DNA of 64,000 nt from NCBI RefSeq assembly GCF_964355755.1, contig NC_092670.1:24848795-24912794 (forward strand). The letters run 5' to 3'. Position numbers and translations under genes: made by a program. A model generated the notes under the pieces. That model did no database searches and was not told where the DNA came from. It worked only from the letters and a program-made list of their open reading frames with translations. The stretch is from Antedon mediterranea (taxonomy: Eukaryota > Animalia > Echinodermata). This document shows positions 14,100-25,350 of this stretch, piece after piece. The first letter of the stretch is position 1; every line of letters starts with the position of its first letter.

Positions 14100-14823
14100 A
14101 ATTCCAAAGATCTGGAAACAGAAATTAATTGAACAAGGTGTAAACACAACTAATGAAGTTGAATCTAAAATTACAGACATTTATTTCTGTGAAAACGGGA
14201 AATTGTCATTATATCTATAAACACATTATATTAAAAAAATTTGAAGAGCCAATTGGAATTGAAAAATGGGAAAAGAAGTTTGACAACGAACTTGATTGGA
14301 AAAACCTTTTCACAAATTTACACGCCTGTAAAAATGACACCAAGCTAAAAAATGTTCAATTTAAATTTACTCATCGTATAATTTATACAAATACAATGCT
14401 CTTTAAGATGTCAAAGGTCGATTCACCAATGTGTAGTTTTTGCAAGGATAGGCAGGAAACACTGCTACATATGTTCTTTGAATGTGATCTAGTAAAGAAA
14501 ATATGGGATGCAAACATTCTAATTTTAATTACAAAGTGGTACATATTTAGTTGCAAAATCAAAGAACAATTACTTAATTATAATCACTTAATTCACATTT
14601 ACCAAAAATACAAGGCAACCATACTATTATTTACAAAATGATTATTATAAAGTGTATTTTTGCGATACATTATTTTTTTTCTTTTAATTCATTACTCTCT
14701 ATTACTTACTATTTTTGAGAGAGTATTATATCGTGTTTCTTTTTATTTGTTAATAGTTAAGTTACCTTTATCTATTCATTTTTGGATTATGTATGTGTTG
14801 AAATTAAATAAAAAAAAAAAAAA
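14100..14823 (+). mobile_element. 5'-truncated non-LTR retrotransposon 3' end (L1/Tx1-like ORF2 C-terminus)
   Basis: ORF 14153-14641 contains KLKNVQFKFTHRIIYTN...CSFCKDRQETLLHMFFEC..VKKIW, the CCHC zinc finger that follows RT in L1/Tx1. It is followed by a T-rich 3' UTR and aataaa plus a poly(A) ending at 14823. The 5' boundary is approximate and no TSD was found. Confidence 0.8.
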
Positions 14824-15284
14824 CCAATAGCAAGGACACACGTCCCAATATCTCCGCATGCGCACAATGAATTAACACTACGTAGATTGGTCGTTGGTCG
14901 TCCCAAATGGAAAGATCCTTAATAATACTAATACTAGTTTTCTCTCACACCATACACGGTTTTAAAAGAATTTGTGCCCGAATGCTTTCAAAGTGATTCC
15001 GATAATTATGTGTGCGGTCGCTGTCATAAATGTGCAGAAATACGTTGCCAGGTTTAATAAGGACGATGTACCAAAATACAATTTATTTTTGTTCACTAGA
15101 GTTACGCTAGTTCAGTTTTGTAATTACTGTACTGTGCTAAGCAATATATTACGTACATTAATATTATTCCAAATAATGATTTAGACACAGTTACAGAAGC
15201 AGGGCACTGCATGTTGCATCTATCGTTATATTATTAATATTAAATATTATTCATGCTTTAATAGAAAAACAATAGCTAGCTAAT

Positions 15285-15560
15285 TGTTCTTCTCCATTGG
15301 GACTGCCCTGGGAATTAAAGTTTGAGGTTGTACATCTTCATTTGGGCTGGCCTGGAAGTTGAGATTGCGGTTGTTACCCTTTGGGCTGACCTGGGAATTT
15401 GAGGTTGGTATTAATCTTGTCCATTTATGCAGCCCTAGGAATGTGAAGTTGTTCTTCACTTAGGCTGCCCTGGGAATTTGATTGTTCTCCACTTGTACTG
15501 CCCTGTGAATTTGAGCCCGAGGTGTTTCTCCACTTAAGCTGCCCTGGAAATCTCAGATAA
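15285..15560. repeat. Degenerate minisatellite, unit about 40 bp, about 7 copies
   Basis: Recurrent ttctccacttgggctgccctgggaatttgag-like unit. Confidence 0.65.
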
Positions 15561-17427
15561 GCGGTTCTTGATAAAGTAGACAATATTCTAGTCACTAATT
15601 TGCTGAATGGCATACGTCACAGTGATGATATACAGTAAAAATGGCAAAATAAATGGAGACTCTGATATCTTTTCCATTAGTAAAGTTCAATGTTAGTATT
15701 ACATTTTAGAAAACTCTCTAAGATGATATTAACAGATTTGTGCATACGAACGAAATCAAGCTAAAACTTATAGAGGGCGGCTGACATGAAGTTTTCTTTC
15801 ATGATTATTATTTGTTAACTAAAAGCTAAAATATTCAAAGAAAAAGAAGTAATTCACGCAATTGCAAAATACCTAGTTATAGGTGTTCGGGTTGCAACAG
15901 AGCGGACACAAGATTTTGCTTGTGGTCACACCCATTCAAAACGTCAACAGTAAAGCATATAAATGATATTTCTATAACGATGGATACAGCAGGTGTATTG
16001 AATAGAGTGGGTTGTACCGAATTAACAAATTTAGAAAATGAACAATTATTTATAGATTTAGAATCCGAAAGGCTAGTGGGATTAGTAATTAAATTGAAAC
16101 TGAGAAATACGTATTGATGTCAAATTTTAAAAACGAACTCGTCTAATTAGAAATATTATCCACTATTATTCATCTATAATCCAGGCATTTAAGATGTATC
16201 GTCCTCGGCATGCTGGCGATTGATTACGGGGGTGGGTCGTCCAATAACACGACTACTAAGCATAGGGTGTCATTTCTTAATTATACCTAATGCCCTAATA
16301 GGATTCTTTGTAAATGAATACAGTTAATTCACATGGGAACGATCTTTGCACTCGATTACGAACATTAATTCAGAAAATAATATGAAATATTCTGACGTTG
16401 ATAAATATCATGGCAGAGCTTTCTTAATGATTGGAATTATCTAACGTACGCTATCTTTAGTGTAATTGTTAATCTAAAAAATCGGTAATTCATAATTATT
16501 ATCGACGATAAGTTGGAAAGAAGCAGATCCTATTAAATAGTGACGTCGCAAACATAAATTAATTTCACAAATTTCGGTGTTAGCCTCATAGATTAAATGA
16601 TTCCCCTACCTAATTAGCAATAGTACTGTTTACTTATAGCTTTGGTACGATTTTACATAATTCGTTGCCTTTATATTATTGAGATACAGAATTTAGATAC
16701 ACGTAACACAATCACCAGAACTATCGCTTGTGATTGGGCACCTTAATTGGGTTGAACCACAAATGTTTTCTTTGTACGTGCGCCCTGGGAGTCGAGCTTT
16801 CTTGTCATACTTAAATCATTATTGTAGTAATGACTACTAAATAATGAATTACATCAACAACATGTAAATTTACCATTTATTCGTCATATAAATTCAGGTA
16901 CGTGATCGAAAAAAAGTCTATTAACAAAAGGTGTAATGTTTGGCCCATCGTTGGATATATTTTAAGAATATTATGACTGCTAATTATTTTGAATTTTATT
17001 AAAAGTTACCAATTCAAAATATAGAAAGGTGCCGGGTGAAAAGGGTGCCTGGTGAAAAAGCTGCCTTTAAAAAGTTCCCTGATCACGAAAGCTCAATATT
17101 CAATTCCTAAAAATTAACCTGATGTCTCACCTTGTCAAAATTACTCTACTGCAGTTACTGCTGTAGCAACATTTGTATACTGCAATAATAACACATATTG
17201 TTTTTCAATGTAGATGTTTATGAGCAAGTCACTGAAATAAACAGTGTGTATGATTATCAAGAAAAAGTTTGCTAAACAATTTGATACACAGGGTAAAAAG
17301 TAAATAAGTGGTTACTGCAGTAACTGCAGCACAATAATGTTGAAATGGTCTCCTGCACTTCTTTACATTGCAATACAGTATATTAATTATCATCTATCAT
17401 GTCGCACTTTCTATTCTGCATGCAACG

Positions 17428-18784
17428 GTATAATCCCATAACAAATCTATCTGTATGTATAATCCTATAACAAATCTATCTGTATGTATAATCCCATAAC
17501 AAATCTAGCTGTATGTATAATCCCATAACAAATCTATCTGTATGTAAAATCGCATAACAAATCTATCTGTATGTAAAATCCCATAACAAATCTACCTGTA
17601 TGTAAAATCCCATAACAAATCTATCTGTATGTATAATCGCATAACAAATCCATCTGTATGTAAAATCGCATAACAAATCTATCTGTATGTAAAATCCTAT
17701 AACAAATCTATCTGTATGTATAATCGCATAACAAATCTATCTGTATGTAAAATCCCATAACAAATCTATCTGTATGTATTATAATCGCATAACAAATCTA
17801 TCTGTATGTAAAATCCCATAACAAATCTATCTGTATGTATAATCGCATAACAAATCTATCTGTATGTATAATCGCATATCAAATCTATCTGTATGTAGAA
17901 TCGCATAACAAATCTATCTGTATGTAAAATCCCATAACAAATCTATCTGTATGTAAAATCGCATAACAAATTTATCTGTATGTAAAATCCCATAACAAAT
18001 ATATCTGTAAGTATAATCCCATAACAAATATATCTGTAAGTATAATCCCATAACAAATCTATCTGTATGTAAAATCCCATAACAAATCTATCTGTATGTA
18101 TAATCCCATAACAAATCTATCTGTAAGTATAATCCCATAACAAATATATCTGTAAGTATAATCCCATAACAAATATATCTGTAAGTATAATCCCATAACA
18201 AATATATCTGTAAGTATAATCCCATAACAAATCTATCTGTATGTAAAATCCCATAACAAATCTATCTGTATGTATAATCCCATAACAAATCTATCTGTAA
18301 GTATAATCCCATAACAAATCTATCTGTATGTATAATCCCATAACAAATCTATCTGTAAGTATAATCCCATAACAAATATATCTGTAAGTATAATCCCATA
18401 ACAAATCTATCTGTAAGTATAATCCCATAACAAATCTATCTGTAAGTATAATCCAATAACAAATATATCTGTAAGTATAATCCCATAACAAATATATCTG
18501 TATGTATAATCCCATAACAAATCTATCTGTAAGTATAATCCCATAACAAATCTATCTGTAAGTATAATCCCATAACAAATATATCTGTAAGTATAATCCA
18601 ATAACAAATCTATCTGTAAAATCCCATAACAAATATATCTGTAAGTATAATCCCATAACAAATATATCTGTATGTATAATCCCATAACAAATCTATCTGT
18701 AAGTATAATCCCATAACAAATATATCTGTATGTATAATCCAATAACAAATCTATCTGTAAAATCCCATAACAAATCTATCTGTA
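17428..18784. repeat. 29-bp tandem satellite, about 47 copies
   Basis: Unit gtataatcccataacaaatctatctgtat, period 29 (17432 to 17461). Confidence 0.97.
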
Positions 18785-19468
18785 TATTATTGTACATTTA
18801 TAATATTGTAACATTTTTTTAGTAAAAACAATTATTTAAACAACATTTCTAATATATGAACAATGAATGATTACATTCTAATTTTTTTAAATGAAAGTGA
18901 CTATCAGCACAGTGTGTGTAATAAATATTTATCAACCATGCTTTATAGAAAACTTTAAATTACACGCATGATGAATGCGCCGATACCCTATCTGCTTTGA
19001 ACACCAGTATCCAAGTGTTTGTCAACATTTTTCAAACGTTAACTCTTAAAACAAACGCATCATGTAATCAGCTCAAATGCAGTAAAGTGTAATGTCATAG
19101 AGACTAGTAGTAACTATAATAGCTTTATGCTAATGTTTTTAGATTCACTAGAATCTGATCAATATCAATATATTTAAAATCGTTCACATAAAAAAAGACT
19201 TGATCTTTGGTTCAAATTTCTAAACTTTCTTATTAAACAATAGATATTTTGTATTAATATAATAGTATAATTAGAGTAAAACCAATCTCTAGGGTAGGCA
19301 ACTCATTTATGTTGTACCACAGATGTGAGCTAGTGCAAATATCAGTGAATGGACTAGTTTTGATATAGTAAAGTCTACAATTAAATCAAGCCATGATATT
19401 CCTCAGCTCGACACACTTATGTAAGACATTTGAGGCATTGGAGTACTATCGTAACCTAACACTAACTT

Positions 19469-19666
19469 AGTAGAGTTGTGGCTTGGTGGTCATAATGCTT
19501 GGCTACCAATCCAAGGGTCATGGGTTCAAGTCCTGTCATGTCTACAAAGCACAACTCCACTAATACAGCGAATCTTGTGCATCATTTGTCTTGTGAACAG
19601 GATTGCCACTTTTAAAAAGGATAGTGAATAAATTTTCTTATGACTATTCTTGGCAATTTGCCTAAA
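19469..19666 (+). mobile_element. tRNA-derived SINE, family B, just 3' of the JOSD stop codon
   Basis: A box tggcttggtgg, B box ggttcaagtcc, 3' end ttggcaatttgcctaaa. Homologous to the inverse copy at 41372-41640. Confidence 0.7.
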
Positions 19667-19784
19667 TATTTAAACATAGAAACACATTCCTAAAATGCAG
19701 CACACCCCCTCAATGTGTTTAGAAGTGCAATTTATGGCACAGCTGCAATTTTCAAACAAAAAGGCCTGTTAGGTAATCTCAAAT

Positions 19785-20097
19785 TTACGACTGCGTTGCC
19801 ACATCCTTCGATATCAACCATGTTCTATCCTCTGCGACGTTCTGCGACACTACGAGTATCAATTGCCACGTTTTTAAGTTTACCCCTTCTTTTAAGTAGT
19901 CCAGAAACGCATCAGAGTTGCCGATCTCAACGGGTTTAGACAGTTTAGAATCTAGATTGTAATAAACATTATCGATTTGGCGAAGTGCAATCCAATGTTT
20001 TGGTTTTATTGGTAAGTTGACATAACCTACTTTAATTGGTGATGTTGTATTTACTATAAATCCTATGATGTTTCTCAGGTTTAGTTCATTTGGATTT
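19785..20097 (-). CDS. JOSD2: JOSD coding exon 3 (terminal)
   Basis: ttcttatag|A AAT CCA...[19 protein letters not shown]...TCG TAA. Not in the ORF track. Confidence 0.93.
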
Positions 20098-20998
20098 CTA
20101 TAAGAAATAAAAATTTATTCTCTTTTAAACTGATGAGTAATTTAATCTTTTTTTGAATAAGCAAACACAAAAAACCCAAAAGCAATGAAACAAACATTTA
20201 AGAAAATGGCATGCAATTTATTGGATTTAACAGATTCGAACAATAATGCAAACATGGAAATGACACCATTCACTAAACTCTATATCTATAATATTGTTTA
20301 CAAAAATTATACAGCACATCGTGTCCCCTTAATAGTAGGGTCCGCTGATGGCTTGGCCATTGTGTAAACAAGAGAGGGCTTATACATTATGTGAAAAATG
20401 TATGCTATGAAAACAACAGCTTTAAATGTATGAAGCAAGAAACTTTAGAATTGGGTAAAGAATCTGTTACTCACATATGCGATTCAATCTATAGTATAGG
20501 TAGTCAACTTATTTCACTGTAGCATGATATGGTAATTTTTTTTTAATACATGAGCTAATTTCGAAAACATAGAAAACACAAGATTAAATTGATTACATAC
20601 CTTCTTTTATCCCACCAGACTGCTTCACAATCTTTCCGTTGTAATGCCGCCATGATTACATTGATGTCATAGTTGCCCAAACCTAACATGCTTTTGTGAG
20701 GGTTTGGACGGCTACTCGGAGCCAAGCTGAAAAATAAAATGTATTATGTGAAATTTCAATAAAAATCTTATTCTGGTTCCCTAAAACCTCAATCTTGGAT
20801 TTATACTCTCTTCAGTTGTTGGACAGTGAATTGTTTATCAAGTGCACCAGTAACAGCAGTAACCTACCTTTGGCAAATCTCATCTAGATTCTGCTTTTGA
20901 AATGCTTTTCCATCTTGAAAAACGTTATTTAAGGCATGAAGGGCACACATCTGCCATCGCTGCTTTTCGTGATAAACTGTGCACTTTTCTACAGACAT
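19785..20998 (-). CDS. JOSD2: Josephin-domain deubiquitinase (JOSD1/JOSD2-like), 189 aa; coding exons 20998-20868, 20726-20601, 20097-19785
   Basis: Spliced protein: [29 protein letters not shown]...[33 protein letters not shown]...[23 protein letters not shown]...[20 protein letters not shown]...TQS*. The catalytic Cys (CALHALNN), His (HW) and Asp (LDS) are intact. Both introns are GT-AG phase 2 and the exons total 570 nt. It is probably a co-orthologue of vertebrate JOSD1 and JOSD2. Confidence 0.95.
20601..20726 (-). CDS. JOSD2: JOSD coding exon 2
   Basis: tttttcag|C TTG GCT...[22 protein letters not shown]...WWDKR AG|gtatgt. Confidence 0.93.
20868..20998 (-). CDS. JOSD2: JOSD coding exon 1
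   Basis: ATG at 20998; [17 protein letters not shown]; donor AG|gtaggt. The acceptor tttttgttttcag at 21022 implies an upstream non-coding exon. Confidence 0.93.
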
Positions 20999-21229
20999 TA
21001 TTATTATACTACAGTACAAGTCTGAAAACAAAAATAATGAAATAATGTTCATAATTAATACTACTAGTCTATGGCCTAACTAGGCTCTATCTATTCTAGA
21101 CCTTCTTTCTTTATTATTAGGTTAGGAGAGGCCCTCTGCTGTTAAGAAAGGTTGGTGTGAAACAGCATTACTGTAGTTAAGTAGCATGCACCAGGCTAGG
21201 CCCATACATATTATTCTATTAGCCTATAC

Positions 21230-21852
21230 GGTTATCAGACGATCGGGACCACGGACGATCGGGCCCAGACGATCGGGCCCACTTCAAGAAGATCGGGCCC
21301 AAATCGTGAGACTATCGGGCCCACCAAGGGTGAAAGACGATCGGGCCCAGAGACGATCGGGCCCAACAAACAAGACGATCGGGCCCAAAACATTCTCGGG
21401 AAAATAAAAAATAAAATACGCGATACAAACCACACAATAATAACAATCAAAATCAATCACATTTATTCATAAATTGAGAGTATTGGTAAGAAATTCTTAA
21501 AACCAGTTGTGGGAAAATAGGGGAAAATTATGATAAAATCAGAAAAAATATAGTTTATAACTTTTTTAAATTAAAATCTTAAGTATGCAAGAAAAGCACG
21601 TTGAATGAAAAAAAAAAAGCACTAGGAATGAAAAATGATGATTTTATATAACACAAAAGACTATCGGACCCAACGCTAAGACGATCGGGACCAACTGGTA
21701 AGACGATCGGGCCCAACGTGGTTCTGAAAACACTGGACGATCGGGCCCAACTGGTATGACGATCGGGCCCAACGCTGAAGACGATCGGGACCACGTTTTC
21801 TGGGCCCGATCGTCTTGGGCCCGATCGTCCGTGGTCCCGATCGTCTGTTCCC
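21230..21852. mobile_element. Non-autonomous DNA transposon (MULE-like) with subterminal GACGATCGGGCCCA arrays
   Basis: Inverted ends cagacgatcgggaccacggacgatcgggccc / gggcccgatcgtccgtggtcccgatcgtctg with GG...CC termini. Flanks agcctatac / tgcctatac give an 8-9 bp TSD. The superfamily call is an inference. Confidence 0.8.
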
Positions 21853-22280
21853 TGCCTATACAGGCCTAGTAGGATTTATTGATTTCCTCTTTATACTGGG
21901 ACCTCTTTCTTCAGTCAATCAAAGACTGTTTTCCCCACCACCATTCTGACAGAAACTAGGCCTAGCCTAGGTAGGTAGGCCTAGCTAGTAGATGAATTTA
22001 GGAAAATAATTATTTTAAAAAGGGGGCCAGGAAATTTGGATTTTCAACATATAAGATATCTAAAGAACGATAAGGGAAATTAAAGGCTTAGCTTTTTCTG
22101 ATTTCAGTGTACCAACCTGTTATATCCCTACCTTGGTACGAATTGACCTGGATTTTCACAGTGTGAACACCTGCACCAACCAATGACAAGCAGCGCTACT
22201 TGGTAGAGGTTAGGCCTATCGGTTAGGCAGCAGGGCACTTGTTTTATTGAAGATTCCAGAAGAGACCTAAGTTTACTTAC

Positions 22281-22445
22281 TGTCAAATAGTAAACTCTTA
22301 CTTTATACTTTTATTCTAAATCAGACGAAGCACGCAAAGCACTTGCAGTTATTAATTAAAGCCTAAATAGCTAGGCCTCCCTCCTTTTAGTTCATGTTGG
22401 AATAATAGAAACAAACGCTACAAACGATAGAGGGCGCGACACAAT
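22281..22445 (-). promoter_or_regulatory. Candidate non-coding first exon and promoter of JOSD
   Basis: Strong donor ACA|gtaagt at 22280, locally raised CpG and an agagggcgc motif near 22429. It could pair with the orphan acceptor at 21022. Confidence 0.35.
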
Positions 22446-23410
22446 GAAAAGTATGATGTGCCCCGTTTATTGTCTAAGCATTGTGTAACGTCGCGTACAG
22501 CTCAGAATGATACATCTATAAATTATGCTTAATTCTGGATTGAAGATTCCAGAAGAGACCTTTTCTTTCACTACAAACATGTGTATGTGAATTTGGTGCA
22601 ATGGTTATGAAACCAGCCTTTCAACTAACAATAGTTTCAGTTGACTAACATTCAATAGAACAGCAACGCCAAAAACAAATGGGTGAATTTAAAAAGAAAT
22701 AGGTTTTTTATAACTACTCGTATATGTACATTAAATCAAATTATTTTTTAAAATTACAAATCACAAATTATAACTCAATTGCCTCTTGTACAAAAGGTTT
22801 TGGACAAGTAGTTCTCGAGAAAATTCAATTTCAGTTTATTTGTTACTTTAAGACTGCTCGTCGGCTTTTGAAAATTCTCTCTAATTTATATGCAATAAAT
22901 TTTTGAGTAATCCTGCTAACAAACAGACACACACGCGATCGACTACATATCAGCCTAAATAGCTAGGTCTTCCCTCTTCAATAATTCTTGTGTTGGGAAA
23001 TTAAAATGTTGGAATGTTGCCCCAGGGCCATATATATATGGCTGCCCAACACGATTATTAAACAAGATTTGCTACCAACAAAATCAGACATATTCAAAAG
23101 TATATTTCTTTGTTTATTCATTATCAAAAATTGCAACAATTGTTCGTGTTTTATACAAATATGATATAAAATACTTCTCTACCATTCATGAGCGGTTTAA
23201 ATAATTCTTACAATAACACAATACATTTACTTATCATCAAGCAAACATAAATATATTTTAAAACATGAATTTAAAAACAAAATGTTTCACCCATGTAAAA
23301 ATAAAAGTAATGCTCAATAGGAGCGTTTGGGTTTGCAACAACCTACGACCAACAGTTTTCTGATCCAATTTCGTAGATTTTAGGTTCAGGTATGACCTGT
23401 GCACTGGATG

Positions 23411-23574
23411 ATGTTACATGATATCATTACAGTAGGCCTATAACACATACAGGTATGTTACATGATATCATTACAGTAGGCCTATAACACATACAGGTAT
23501 GTTACATGATATCATTACAGTAGGCCTATAACACATACAGGTATGTTACATGATATCATTACAGTAGGCCTATA
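23411..23574. repeat. 44-bp tandem repeat, about 3.7 identical copies
   Basis: Unit atgttacatgatatcattacagtaggcctataacacatacaggt. Confidence 0.95.
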
Positions 23575-25098
23575 AATATTTTTATATATAAAAACAAACA
23601 TAGAAAAAAAGTGTGCAAAAACAGATTTTCTCATCAACAATTTGCAATATTTTTGTTGTTCCACCCAACCCCCAACCCCAACTTACTTTCAAAGAAACAT
23701 ATTTATAAACTCTTCTTAATATGAAATGCTAACATACAACTTAAAAACAATTAACTGAAGATTGGACATAAAAACACAATATCTGAACATAATATTTTAC
23801 TGGTGTTTAAGACTTAATGTTCTAATAACATTTTACTGTAACAGTTTTTGAAGGCAACCTGCCTATCAGCAAGTTCAACTTACAATGCATAAATAAAACT
23901 GAATCTTATTCAATTTAATATACACTCTTTGGTACATAACAGCAAAAAAAAAATGAAAATATCAAAAAAGCATTTATACAACGTAATTAGTATTTTTCTA
24001 TAATTATTTGCTTTATAATTTCAATTTTTAACTCTTGTAAAAATGTGCTAATGAGGCAATTATATTTATAATTCTGATAAAAAAGACAAGAACTCAGCAT
24101 TTACTTCTATGGTGGCAACCAGCACCAAACAAACTACATACATATGTTGGATTTTTTACTTCTTTTTTTTTACTGAATTTTGAAAACAATTGAACACACT
24201 TATGTTTATGTTTTGCCGACAACCTGTCGATTTCTCCATCTCAATCATATTTAGATCTGATGATATTAAACATTGGTTTGAAAAAAGTCGACAGGTTGTT
24301 GATAAAATAGTTTCTAGCCAGTAATTTGGTTTATAATGGTACAAATTTTGGCACACATGGCGTGTCATACATATCCTTGAATTGGACAAAACATGATGAT
24401 CTGCTGGTAGTAAAAACAATAACTAGAAACTTGGGGCAAACCTATTTATGAAACAACATAAATCAATATAAGTATGTTAAACTGATTCAACAAAAGCAAA
24501 AATCACACATAATATTTATTGGAATCAGATGAATTCAATATAAACTACATATATTATAATTGACTACCTTATTTAATACCTGAACGTGTACTTAGGTACC
24601 CATATTATTGTTATGCAAGGTTTTGGACAAATCTATGTTTCAACTGACAAATTAACATTAATAAGATATTCAGTATTATATCTAATTTTTCATTTTTATT
24701 TGCATTGCATATCAAAACAATAATTATTCACTTTTCAAATTTAACATGGTATGTATTTTAGCAGTTTAAAAAAATAATGTTTTATCATTTTACGATTGAA
24801 TACAATGTCACAATTTGACCAGAAAAAATGACTTCTCTAATGACTTGCATAGTACAAAAGGTTCTATTATTCCAACCATGGTGCTTTTGTCAAATATTTC
24901 TAGCTAATCTATTCTACTTTATCAACTTGATGATTACGCTTTGTCAGATTTCTATGATAATATTATGAACAATACTAAATTTGTGTATTGCAGTTACTGC
25001 AGAACATTTAGTGATAATTGCAGTAATGAAAATAGATTACTGCAGCAAAACAATGAAAAAGATGAACCGCTCAACTACAATTTCTTCAATAACCAGTG

Positions 25099-25350
25099 CT
25101 ATACAAACGAAGAGAAGCCGTGAAGGGGTTGCCGTGAGCCTGGCTGCATGCCAGGAACACCATTTAAAATTATACTGCCATTGGCCAGAGCCATGTCCGG
25201 CTCACTGTCGGTGTAACTGTACGCGGCCGCTGCTCCACCACCGTGGTACCTCTTCCATGTTGTTGTGGACGGATCTTTTGCGTAGTGATTTATAAATGTA
25301 TGGTGATGATCAGGTACGCGTACTTCGCTGCCTATATCACTGTCGCTTGC
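25099..25350 (-). CDS. sdk: Sidekick terminal exon
   Basis: [27 protein letters not shown]...[13 protein letters not shown]. Confidence 0.95.
   Translation of the reverse strand, partial: ASDSDIGSEVRVPDHHHTFINHYAKDPSTTTWKRYHGGGAAAAYSYTDSEPDMALANGSIILNGVPGMQPGSRQPLHGFSSFV

Noticed and set aside
3415-16117. Many 60-85 aa ORFs in the RASD intron and upstream region
   Set aside because: Apart from the RASD exon and the LINE fragment, they have no domains or consistent splice structure and are expected by chance in AT-rich DNA.
18291-18748. ORFs with repeated WDYTYRYICYGIILTD peptides
   Set aside because: These are translations of a 29-bp satellite cycling through frames.
21230-21852. CRISPR-like array of GACGATCGGGCCCA repeats with variable spacers
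   Set aside because: The spacers are only about 1-15 nt and irregular, orientation flips at the right end, there are TIRs and a TSD, there are no cas genes, and the context is eukaryotic.
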